Positions 52,981 to 64,000 of a stretch of DNA of 64,000 nt are shown in pieces (positions within the stretch are counted from its first letter, which is position 1; each line of letters starts with the position of its first letter). The notes below the pieces were generated by a model. That model was given only the letters and a program-made list of their open reading frames with translations, was not told where the DNA came from and did not search any database. This stretch comes from Anthoceros angustus (Eukaryota > Plantae > Anthocerotophyta). The stretch is taken from NCBI GenBank assembly GCA_010909165.1, contig MU008158.1, forward strand, positions 1,389,478 through 1,453,477, in the 5' to 3' direction. The position numbers and the translations under genes are program-made.

Positions 52981-55860
52981 CCTCGCGGCGCGGGCCGTGG
53001 CGCGACATGGACTGTACCAGACGAGCCGGCCGATGGCAGGCACCACCATCACCAAACGCTGGACGCAGGTGAGACTCGACGTTAGCATGACATCCGCCGA
53101 ACACAAGATGCAAGTTGCACGGCGCTTGGCACCTTGATCCGTGCTTCGCTCAAATTCGTAGGTGCATTTTGAGATCACCCGCTGCCTCGACAGCCCCCGC
53201 AATTTGCTAACGAAAGCAGTAAAACCCAAGGCGCTGCTACTGCACTGCACTCACCACCGCCATGGAAATCTAGGGAGGAGGAGCCGATCCTGCATTCAAG
53301 TGCGAGTGGAACAACTCAAACCGCCCACGCCGCTTGGGGAAGACATGACGAGCGGGCGCCTGCAAAGCACGGCAGACGGCTTGCAACATGGGCGATATGG
53401 GAAGACGAGGTAGATGTCACACCGCCCGAGAATGAGGACGACATGCTCCCCGACATGCAAGAAGTGTCCGAGGAGGATGAGGACGACACACAAGCTCACA
53501 GCCTGCCAGCCCGAGGATGGACAGACTCACCAAGAACCCGTGGAAGAACACTTGTGTCCTGCCGCCGAGCCAGTTGTTGGAGCTTGCACCGAATTGCCAA
53601 CAGAGGAAATCAGCGCTTGATCGACTCATGGGCATTACAAGATCTCGCACCACGCCTGATTGTGTGCGGAGGCGGACAAAGGCGGACTTAATTGTCATGT
53701 GACGGAGGGTCACCTGGGCGACAAATTGTCCATGGAGAAGAGGATCCGTGAATTGGTCGCAAGACTTGTGTTTTTGAAGTGTTGACAAGCATGATGCAGC
53801 TGGCCCGAGCTATGGACGAGTGAGGAGTACCCACCGTGACTAATCGAGAAGTCATCCAACAAAGTTCTCGAATCACTGTGCTACAACCACCGAAAAGAGT
53901 GAAGAAAGGGGCCGACTCGCGAACATGAGGGAAGAGGGCACCGTGGGGCTATGCCCGACTGCGTGACGCCGAGGTGTGGTGGGAGGCAATCGAGTGGGGT
54001 GTCCAACAAGAGTTGGGCAATGGAAATTGGCCAAGATATCCACAAATGACTGGAAGCAAGATTGAGAAGCATGGGATAGCCGGGACAAACCCATTTGGCG
54101 GAGCAATTTGTACGCAGCGTTATTAGTGCGGATGTAGTGACTCATGTGGTTGTGGGTGTGATTCACGAAGTCCTTAGAAAGTGGTTGAATCTTTTGATGG
54201 CATAACATGTGTATCCATGCGCTATGCTCGTGTGACGGTCATGGCATATAGAGGTAGGGATAGGCGTAGGGTGTGATAACGTGTGTGTGGGTGTGATAAC
54301 GTGTGTGTGGGATAAGTGGTGTAGGCACCGTTGCATGCATATCTTGTAAATGTGATGTGAGTGTAGAGATAGGATATCATTTGCATGCGGTCGGGCCGTG
54401 ATTAAGATCGTGATGTAAGCTTCAAAGTCAGAATCCGTCATTGGAAGCGGATTGTTGATGTCTCGATTCAAGAGAACAACGCATCCCAGGCGTTCTTGGT
54501 GCACCCGTGTGTAGCGATCCGGTGGTGTGTGCATAGGAGGAGAGCCGCCCAAATGGAGTGATTTTTGCCATTTGTACTGCTTGTACTACGGATGTAGTGA
54601 CTCATGTGGTTGTGGGTGTGATTCACGAAGTCCTTTAGAAAGTGGTTGAATCTTTTTGATGGCATAACATGTGTATCCATGCCACGCGGCGCGTGGCGCG
54701 ACATGGACTGTAGACCGCCAGACGAGCCGGCCGATGGCGGTGGCACGCCATCACCAAACGCGGACAGAGACTCGAACGTTAGCATGACATCTGGCCGGAA
54801 CACAAGATGCAAGCAGTAATGCTTGGCACCTTGATCCAGCTCGCTCAAATTCGTAGGTGCATTTTGAGATCACCCGCTGCCTCGACAGCCCCCGCAATTT
54901 GCTAACGAGCGAGCAAACCCAAGCGCGTGCTACTGCACTCACCACCGCTAGGAAATCTAGGGAGGAGGAGCGCATCCCTGCATCCAAGTGGCCGAGTGGA
55001 ACAACTCAGAACGATCTCGTCGCTTGATTGGGGAAGACATGACGAGCGGGGGGCGCTGGCAAAGCACGGCAGACGGGCTTGCAACATGGGCAGATGGGGA
55101 AGACGAGGTAGATGTCACCTGCTCAGAGAATGAGGACGACATGCTCCCCCCGGACATGCAAGAAGTGTCCGAGGAGGACAGAGCTGACGACACACAAGCT
55201 CACAGCTCGCAGCCCGAGGATGGACAGGACTCAGCCGAAGAACCCGTGGAAGAACACTTGTGTCCCGCGTCAGCGACCGAGCCCAGGTTGTTGGAGCTTC
55301 TTGCACCGGAATTGCCAACAGAGGAAATCAGGCGTTTGATCAGGACTCATGGGCATTACAAGATCTCGCAATTGGCCGCCCGATTGTGTGCGGAGGCGGA
55401 CAAAGGCGGACTTAATTGTCATGTGACGGGAGGGGTCATCGGGGCGGACAAATTGTCCATGGAGAAGAGGATCCAGGAATTGGTTGCTGCCAGACTTGTG
55501 TTTTTGAAGTGTTGGACAAAGCATGATGCGCTTGATGCGAGCTTATGGACGTGAGTGGCGGAGGAGTACCCACCGTGACTAATCGGAAGTCATCCAACAA
55601 AGTTCTCGAATTGTGCAGGCGCTGCTACAACCACGAAAAGAGTGAAGAAAGGGCCGAGTGCGAACATGAGGGAAGAGGGCACACAGTGGGTTGCCCGACC
55701 GTGACGCCGGAGGTGTGGTGGGAGGCAATCGAGTGGGGTGTCCAACAGTACGAGTTGGGCAATGGAAATTGGCCAAGATATCCACAAATGACGGCCGTGG
55801 AAGCAAGATTGGAGAAGCATGGGATAGCTGGGACAAACCCATTTGGGCGGGGCGGAGCAA
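52348..55860 (+). repeat. ~1.75-kb tandem duplication: B-A-B plus ~1.1 kb of flanking CACTA ORF
   Basis: 52348-54105 is repeated at 54106-55860. Junction GGCGGAGCAA|TTTGTACGCA. Confidence 0.9.
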
Positions 55861-56600
55861 TGGACTTCAGGCGAAGGTACGAGGAGGTATACGGTGAGCA
55901 GCCGAATGTTGCGGAGATCCAATGGGCAGTCAAACATGGCATGGACAGCATGCCTGTGTTTTGGGCTGCCAACGGCGGAAGACGAGGTAACAGGAACTTC
56001 CTTGCCCCCCCGGTCAGGACATTGCATCGTCATGTCTTGTTGCCACACTCGGCTTCTCTGTATGCGATCTGACTACTGGAAAAAATGGCTAGCAGGGCAA
56101 GCTGTCGAGGAAAGTCATCAGAAACGCATCACACGAGGTAGGTGCATCGCGTAAACCTAGTGGAGGACTCCTTTGGTTGTGCTAATGCAATGGTTAGGGT
56201 CACATGGCCACTCCTAAACCAGGGTAGTTGCATATGGCAAACGCTTGACGCCTTCTGTAATTTCTTGTCCAGAGAAGGGAAGCTAACCAGGTCGGAAATG
56301 GAGATGAAGAACCTACAGGTAAGTACATACCCCTGTTCACGGTAAGTGATTGTGGCTGGCCATGCCCGATAGAACTTGGTGCATACGATTACCGAGAAGC
56401 TGTGTGTTCTGCAGATGCAAACACACCAAAGAGGGAGGAGGAAGCCTTGCAAAGGACCATGTGCAATGCAACCCCAGTGCAAACGCAAAATCTTGCGGAG
56501 GTGGACATTGTGTAGGAAACGCAGGCTCCGCCACAAGCTTTACCAGTCACCCGAGCGAGCATCTCGGGGGAGATGAGGAGAGCTTGTAGATGGGTGGGAT
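54682..56600 (+). pseudogene. CACTA second ORF (TnpA/Transposase_24-like); partial duplicate at 52981-54105, probable N-terminal part at ~23860-24222
   Basis: Acidic low-complexity stretch, then PEVWWEAIEW...ARLEKHGI...PFGRGG. Lies between Tnp2 and the right TIR. Confidence 0.5.
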
Positions 56601-57476
56601 GGGGCCCGAACCCCCTGCCCGAAAGCGGGCGTGGGCTTGAAAGCGAAGGGCGCACCCGCTGCAGGAGCTACAAAGAAGAAGAAAGTCACGTCCTCCGAGG
56701 GTGTTTCAGCGTAGGTCTAGCATAGATCATCGATCCGCTTTTTTTGGCGACGTTGGTGGTGCTGGATGTGCATGTGGCGGCATCCGATAGGACTACACGG
56801 CTAGGGACGGCTGTTGGCTCAAAAGATGGACGGATGTGTCGATAGCCTTTTGTTTTGCCTAAACAATTGAAATAATGGGTAATAATCTACGGTTTCCAAA
56901 GTAATCATGACACTTTTAGTATATATAAATAGATATTCATTAAACGCGCATAACGCGGTTGCCAGCATGGAAATTCCGGCAGGCGACTCCTGCATGCGCT
57001 TGACCACGGAGGCCTCACGCTGAATGTGCTTGCTCGATGGGGCCGTCAGCAAATAAAAGCATAATATGCAAAGGACAAACGTCGCACTTCGGACACCAAT
57101 GGGTATCCGTGTGCGCACCAACCCCTCGATATGCCCATGCCACCGCCGCGTCCCCATATTCCGTGCGGACGAAGGGCGGACGATTTTTGCATTCGGCGGA
57201 ACCCTACCCGCAGGATGTTGCGAACACTGCGGCCAGAACTAGAACAGCCCCGACATGCGGCAAGTGAGAGAGTGGTTGCCAGGATAGGAATTCCGCCAAC
57301 AGGAACCGCGAACCGGAAAATTCACAATCGTGAGACACCGTCATTCAGAAATCGAGCACGATATTCTTATGACGAACAAACCACAAATTTCCAGCCGAGT
57401 GAGCCTGTCATAAACGAGACACAAATGTCACATCCTTGTCTTTAATTTGCCATATTCGCCTCCTTTTGTAGTAGTG

Positions 57477-58160
57477 GGGGACTCTGATTTTGGAGTCCCG
57501 TGTCCTTGGAGTGGAGGAGGCGTTTTCCTGCAGTGTCCCTCCGTATGGCTAGGGATCCCTACCCACTGAGGCTAGGACTGCCTTGCCTTCTTTTAATTTG
57601 CTCCCGAGGTCGGATTTCACGGGCTTCAAGCGTCCCTCCTAGAGGAGCAATATCCGCAAGCGCAGCTGGCCCTACTTCAGGACTCGTCCATCCCGTGGCT
57701 CTCGTGCGTCTCGCTCTTGCTCAGGAGCAGTTCATGGCTTGTTCTACTTGCATCCAGGCTTTCCGAATCGCACCAGTCTCTTTTTCTACTGCGATGAGGT
57801 TTTGCCTTGGTGTGGACCCGATTGCCTTTGCTTTGGTTCTCTCAGCCAGAACCGTGGGCCCTTGATGAGGACCCACCTTGCTCGCTATCCTGCGGGTGGG
57901 TAGTGCATAGCTACACATAATGCTATTCGCGACATCATGTTCTTGTTGGCTGAGGAGGGCCTCCCTACCATAGCTGCAGGAGTGGGGTTGGCCTCCCTCT
58001 TTCCTGTGTCGTGGCTTTCTACAGGCAATGGGTGTCCATCACTCTGCAGCGAGCATTGACCAACGCGATATATAGAACGACGGCAACAGCAAGCGCGGGG
58101 CAGGCGCCATCTTTGACACTGATGGTAGGTAGCCCCTTTCCTATCCCCGATTTCGAAATT
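57477..58160 (+). pseudogene. Degenerate CRE/RLE-type LINE, 3' part
   Basis: FSTAMRFCLGV, THLAR..GG..IATHNAIRDIM zinc-knuckle region, and C-terminal FYRQWVSITLQRA..NAI. Confidence 0.65.
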
Positions 58161-58940
58161 CTTGGCGCAATCAGCAGTAACAAGATTGGCGACAACGGGG
58201 GTTATCCCCTATGGACTAGTAGGATTGTTCCCTCTTGTCTTGGGGTAGATGAGTTTTCCCATCTCTTTCTCATAATAAAGTCCTCATTCCCCACTGATAT
58301 ATGATTTCTTGGGCACATCAAGTCCAAGATATGAAAACGAATTAAACGTGCAACCATCCAGCATAATGAATAATAGTATAAATCATATATATATAACTGT
58401 AAGATACGGACTAACATGTTAGTTGGATAGGGACAATTTCTGGGTGAAACCAAATCGTCACATTCTCACCGTACATGGGGTACAAATTGTGTACTTGGGA
58501 TTGATACGACTACTAGAATTTATACCTATTTAAAGATTGATATTAAAAAATTCAAAGATACTAACGTAGCCTTGGTTGCAACTTTGTAAAGATAGTACGT
58601 CACAGTCACATGGAGTCCATCCAAGTGATGAAATTCTGCCTTCAGCCCCACCACTTGGTATAGAAAAGTCGGTAATGGGAACGGAAGCAGCGGTCCGTGC
58701 ATCCACTGGCGTCGGAATCATAGGATATCCTCAGCCCGCAACACTGCACCTGCCACGAACGGATGGGGTCCAGTGACGAGCCGCCAGCAGACTGGAAGTC
58801 TGGGGCTCTATTTTAGTCGCAAACGTGGCTCGGGAAGCGCTTCCCCAACCGCGGGCCCGGAATTTCAGACGCAAACCAGCTTCAGTATAAAGTGCGGGCA
58901 GGCCTGTGGCAACGCACCAGTTACCAGTTCGTCGTTTCCC

Positions 58941-61900
58941 ATGGCGCCTCGGCTTCATCTGCGACCGGGGGCACAGGGCCAGGGCCAGGACCAGGACCAG
59001 GACCAGGACCAAGACCAGGATCAGGCTGAGGCCCAGGCTGAGGCCCCGGGCCAGGCCCAACCCGATGCCGACTATGCCAATGGGGATTTGGCGCAGGAGG
59101 GCGACCCTGATTCCGAGCCCGAGCGTGAGCCCGCGGGGAGCTGGGCGCCTCCCCGTTCCATCAAGCCGCTGGCCCGAGTCGATTCCCTGGATGTGGAAGC
59201 CAGCCAGCTCAAAGGCTGGTCTCCGCACCACAGAGTGAGTGAGTGAGTGAGTGAATGTGCGTTGCAAGCGAGCGAGGCTCGGAGTACGTGGGTGTGGGAA
59301 TTCTGATTGCTGCTGCTCGTGTGGGTGGTGGCAGACCTTGACGACGGCCGTCATTCTGCGGCTGGCCTACCAGAGCATCGGGGTGGTGTACGGAGATGTG
59401 GGGACGTCGCCGCTCTACGTCTACGAGACGGCGTTTCCGAACGGGCTCACCCACAGCGTCAAAGACAAGCAGAACCTGCTGGGGGCGCTGTCGCTCATCA
59501 TTTACACCCTTACTCTCAGCCCGCTGTTCAAGTATGTCGTTATTGTGCTCAGGGCCAACGACAATGGGAACGGTGAGATGATGAGTGCCGGATATTCCTC
59601 CTTGCTGCGCACTGTTATGGGGATTGGTCGGAGGGCGCTGAATTGTGGCGTGCCTGGTTTGTTTGCAGGTGGGACGTTTGCGCTCTACTCTCTCATCTGC
59701 CGGCACGCCAAGGTGGGGCTCGTGGGGAATCAGAATTACGAGGACCGGGAGCTGTCTACCTACAGCCTCACGTTGCCTTCGCGGAGGAAGAAGATTGCGG
59801 GCTGGCTTAAGGATCGGCTGGAGGGCAGCTTGATTCTCAAAAATTTGCTGCTCATCTTGGTCTGCCTCGGGACGTCTCTTATCATCGGAGATGGTACCTT
59901 GACGCCCTCCATCTCAGGTTAGGGAGGCCTGCTGTACAACGCACTCCACGCCACGCCCTCTTGCTTTTGCTTTTCACGGGGTTCAGCTTGTTGCTTCCGA
60001 TATCGCTGCTTACTCCAGATTGGTGATGGGCAACAGTCTTGTCGGCTGTATCCGGGCTGCAAGTGAACAAGAGCACCAACGTGAGCCAGTGTATGTATGT
60101 ACGAATTCACAGTGTTTGGAGCGAGGAGCTGATTGGTTTGCCAGTTCCTGGTTTTCACACACGGAATTGGGTTCTTGCATTTTGGCAGCTGTGGTGGTGG
60201 GGATCACGGTGGTTATTCTCATCCTGCTCTTCACGTTGCAACAGAAGGGAACAGACAAAGTTGGCTTCCTCTTTGCGCCGGCCGTTTGTACGTGGTTTTT
60301 GACCAATTCCCTCATTGGCCTGTACAACATTGTGAAGCATGATCCCTCTATCCTCAAGGCCTTCAACCCTCAGTACATCTACTACTACTTTCGCAACAAT
60401 AAAGGAGATGGGTGGATCCATCTGGGTGGAATCGTACTGGCCATTACAGGTCAGCTTTGCAACCACTAGCTTGTTCGGATGCATTGCATTGGCGTTACTC
60501 ACCTTGAGCTTGCAGAAGGGCAAGCCTGATTTGTTGCACTGAATGCCGATGCAGGAACGGAAGCTATGTTTGCCGACCTGGCCCACTTCTCTGTGCCCTC
60601 CATCCGAGTATGCCTCACCCTGACATTGTGAAGCATTTGAATACTGGCACTACATTTTCTCTGATGTTGTGGAGGCTGTATGCAGATTGCTTTCGCTGGC
60701 TTCGTGTACCCCAGTCTTCTGCTCACGTACTGCGGCCAGGCTGCGTATCTGATGAAACACCCGGAAGACGTCGGCAAAACCTTCTACAAGTCGATACCAC
60801 GTGAGTAGTCTTCAGACCTGCAGCAAATCCAAACCTTTTGTTGTAGGGAGCAGAAAATGATCCTGACAGGCCTTGTTCCTTCGGGAAACTGGCAGCTTCC
60901 GTGTACTGGCCCATGTTCGCTGTGGCAACAGCAGCAGCCATCATCGCCAGCCAGGCCATGATCTCCGCAGTGTACTCCATTCTGAGCCAGTCCATGGCAA
61001 TGAGCTGCTTCCCTCGGGTGAAGATAATCCACACATCAAAGCGCTTCCACGGTCAAATCTACATCCCAGAGATCAACTGGCTGCTCATGATTCTCTGCAT
61101 CACCATCACACTGGGGTTCCGGGACACCTCCACCATCGGCAATGCCTACGGCATCGCCGTGGTGGGAGTGTTCGTCATCACCACCATTCTGGTCACGCTC
61201 ATCATGCTGCTGATATGGCAGGTGAACGTGCTGCTGGCCATGCTTTTCCTCTTCGGGGTGGGCTCGGTGGAGGTGGTGTACCTGTCGGCGGTGCTGTACA
61301 AGGTGCCACAGGGGGGGTGGGTGCCCCTGGTCTTCGCCGTGGTCTTCCTCACCATCCAGTATACATGGCAGTACGTGCAGGTGCACAAGTACCGCTACGA
61401 GATGAACAACAAGCTGTCCATGGACTGGGTGGTTGGGCTGGGATCCAACTTGGGGGTGGTGAGAGTGCCAGGCATCGCTCTCGTCTACACCGAGCTGGCG
61501 CAGGGCGTGCCTGCCATCTTCTCCCACCTCATCACCAACCTTCCTGCCATCCACTCGACCGTGGTGTTTGTGTGCATCAAGCATCTGCCGCTGGCGCACG
61601 TGCCGGAGGACGAGCGTATCCTCATCCGCAGGCTGGGGCCCAAGGAGTACCGGATGTATCGCTGCGCTGTGAGATACGGATACGTGGATGCGGAAACCGA
61701 GACTACCACAGATTTCGAGCAGAGATTGATGCAGGGCCTGGCAGACTTTCTGCAGATGGAGTCACCGGAGGATGCCGATGGCCAGTCCAACGGGAAGGAC
61801 CGATTGCAGCTTGGGCTCACGAGCGAGACAGAATCCGCGGACAGTAGACCCAAGAATTCGACCAGCTCAACCTCTGACAGATCCGAAGGAATTGTCCCAG

Positions 61901-62163
61901 GCTCCAGGCAGGGGAGCGCCGACAAGTTGCCGGAGGTGGGTGTGGCGCGGGAGCTCGGCTTCCTGCAGCAGGCCAAGCAGGCAGGTGTGGTGTATCTCTT
62001 AGGGTCGGTGGATTTGCAGGCGAAGCCGAGCTCCAGCGTCCTGCGCAAGTTCGTCATCGACTCCTTGTTCGCTTTCTTGAGGAGGAATTCCCGGGACAGT
62101 AGCTTTGCGCTCCACATTCCTCACAACAGGCTTTTACGAGTGGGTGTGACCAACCAGATTTGA
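58941..62163 (+). CDS. HAK: HAK/KUP/KT family potassium transporter (about 8 exons)
   Basis: Motifs LAYQSIGVVYGDVGTSPLYVY, ANDNGNGGTFALYSLICR, IGDGTLTPSIS, GTEAMFADL, ASQAMIS, QIYIPEINWLL, NAYGIAV. Approximate exons: 58941-59234, 59335-59572, 59669-59917, 60037-60080, 60189-60449, 60555-60608, 60685-60800, 60896-62163. Confidence 0.96.
58975..59058 (+). repeat. (CAGGAC)n-type coding microsatellite giving QG/QD/QA repeats in the HAK N-terminus
   Basis: Directly visible hexamer array. Confidence 0.9.
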
Positions 62164-62483
62164 TCACTTTCATCCCGTGCGTCACCTTTTCCACAGCAAG
62201 TGTGGAAATTTGCGCGCCAACTCTCAAACCTTCACATGTGGGAGTGATTGGGAACGGGTTGAGTGAAAAAAGTGCAAATTCTGACAATTTCAAGAAGTGT
62301 GAATTGCTGGGTGCTGGAACAAACTCTGCAATTTTGGTAAGGCAGGTGAAAGTCACGTGTCTCACACAGGGTTGCATCTAATCTACGATGCAGGAGTAAA
62401 TGGACAGGTGATGAGACCTACAGTTCCTGCTTCCGAACTACAGTCGCAATTCGCTTGCAAATGGTCATTGTCTCCCTGGTGTT

Positions 62484-62622
62484 CACTAAGTCTCGCAGTT
62501 GTTTCGTTCCAGACCCGGTCGTTATCTTACCACCAACTTGCACACACAAAGTCCATACCACTAAGTCTCGCAGTTGTTTTGTTCCAGACCCGGTCGTTAT
62601 CTTACCACCAACTTGTACACAC
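62484..62622. repeat. 75-bp tandem duplication
   Basis: CACTAAGTCTCGCAGTTGTTT.GTTCCAGACCCGGTCGTTATCTTACCACCAACTTG occurs twice. Confidence 0.95.
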
Positions 62623-63590
62623 TTCATAAGTCCATAACTTCATGTAGTGGAGAAAGTCTGGCCCACCGCCCATCTCCACCACACTGACACCCTCTTCTCG
62701 CGGCTATGTTGATGAGTTAAGGATCACTGTATGTATCCCCATTCCCGGGTTGGGCTGGCTGCAACCTTGAATGAGACTCCCAAGTGGTATGTGTGTCTGT
62801 CGGCATCGTACATCGCTCAAGCTGTCTCAAGAGCTGAAAAGCCAAGTTCTCTGAGCCTCCTGAGAAAAAAGCATAATCATGTGCTACTTGCATACTGCAC
62901 ACTGTGCACAGTAGGTAGAATGCAACTTCCCTCACTTGCATCCTCCAGGGCCCACACAGGCTTATCGATTCCTTTTTAATAAGTAGGGTATGGGCCAGGT
63001 AAATCTACCTTCGTACTCCGATTTCTAGATTGACGGGGCACTCTCTGCCCAGCCAGCCGATTTTGCAAACATCAAGAAGGACAGGCTTGGTTTTTGCGTT
63101 TTTCTCCTTGCAGAACGACTTTCAAAACATTCAGAATCATTAGGAAAGACATCTGTTCGTATTCCCCACCTGACCTCAGTCATTTACAGACATCTAGCAT
63201 CCGGAGTCAAGCCAGTCATGCTGCAATGTTCTCAGACCACATGTACAGCCGATATCTCTTCAACCGTGCTTGCCTATTCCAACAAAGCAGAAGCGCTGGA
63301 GAGCAAGCGAGCGAACTCCAAGAGGCTCTTCGAACACAAACATATGTGCAAGATGTGACCCACCATGGACAAAACTCTGCACTCGTAGGTGATGAAAGCG
63401 ATTCGGTATATAATAACACGATTTCAAGGGCAACGTCACAAGCTGACAAGGCTATCCCCTGTGTCACACACGTTCAGAACTAAAAATTGCCTGCCTGCAT
63501 CCATCCAAGAGCTTCTGCTCGGCCACCCACCCAAATATGGTCAGCTAGCCCCGCGGTGTAGACACTTGAGAAGAAGGCCTACAGGGAACA

Positions 63591-63836
63591 TGTGCAAGGC
63601 TGCATGCATCACCGTAGGGATCTATGCAAGGCTGCCTCACTGCAGGGATCTATGCAAGGCTGCATCACTGCGGGAATCTATGCAAGGCTGCATCACTGAA
63701 GGAATCTATGCAAGGCTGCATCACTAAAGGAATCTATGCAAGGCTGCATCACGGCAGGAATTTTTGCAAGGCTGCGTCACTGCAGGAATCTTTGCAAGGC
63801 TGTATCACTGCAGGAATCTTTGCAAGGCTGCATCAC
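63591..63836. repeat. 28-bp minisatellite, about 9 copies
   Basis: Unit TATGCAAGGCTGCATCACTGCAGGAATC. Confidence 0.95.
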
Positions 63837-64000
63837 TTATCCGAAATCGACCAGCTTCCAAATGTCATGGCGGCATCGTTCGACTGTCGGTCAAGGGACC
63901 CGCATGACAAAAAATGGCTCAAAGGGAACTCTCCTTTCCCTAGACAGGAGGTGGTCCCTCCGCTGTTCAAGATAGTCCACTACTTGCCCTCCACTTTTTC

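Larger units (their letters stand above)
24223..52990 (+). mobile_element. Ty3/gypsy-type retroelement with DNMT and PHD domains and split direct repeats; ~9 kb after removing two nested insertions
   Basis: Order: repeat A (24223-24265 + 38623-39000), gag, PR, DNMT, RT, RH, INT, PHD, extra ORF, then B (52348-52450), A (52490-52870), B (52871-52980). Confidence 0.8.
7856..57476 (+). mobile_element. CACTA (En/Spm) transposon expanded to ~49.6 kb by nested insertions
   Basis: Perfect 13-bp TIRs: CACTACTACAAAA (7856-7868) and TTTTGTAGTAGTG (57464-57476). ATGACA/TGTCAT subterminal motifs at both ends. Contains Tnp2 and TnpA-like remnants. Both flanks are parts of a LINE. The 3-bp flanks (GCA/GGG) do not match as a TSD. 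Confidence 0.75.

Noticed and set aside
7853-57479. 3-bp TSD for the large CACTA
   Set aside because: Flanks read GCA and GGG, so no TSD can be claimed.
60873-62117. 324-aa alternative-frame and 210-aa antisense ORFs over HAK
   Set aside because: Shadow ORFs of the GC3-rich final HAK exon.
63591-63836. 28-bp repeats as a CRISPR array
   Set aside because: A contiguous minisatellite with no unique spacers.

Overview
Eukaryotic, plant-lineage DNA with short GT-AG introns; a non-seed streptophyte is my guess (inference). Two intact host genes flank about 50 kb of nested mobile DNA. On the left (minus strand, running off the edge) is a spliced NRPS-like multidomain gene: FAD oxidoreductase, fatty acyl-AMP ligase, ACP and a Pls-type TM/left-handed beta-helix module. 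On the right is a HAK/KUP K+ transporter. Between them, a degenerate LINE is split by a 49.6-kb CACTA element (TIRs at 7856 and 57476). That CACTA holds a ~9.8-kb TIR-like insert splitting its Tnp2 gene, and a Ty3/gypsy-type retroelement (24.2-53.0 kb) with a C5-cytosine methyltransferase domain and a PHD finger. The retroelement is bounded by split direct repeats (A...B-A-B) rather than LTRs and has a candidate HUH/Rep-like ORF after pol. Three members of a Crypton-like tyrosine-recombinase family with shared ends are also nested here: one 14.4-kb YR-encoding copy, which itself carries a 3.7-kb CACTA with a perfect TSD, and two ~5.4-kb non-autonomous copies in opposite orientation. TE ORFs are heavily frameshifted, possibly from basecalling error, so TE coordinates are approximate and motifs were read by eye across frames.
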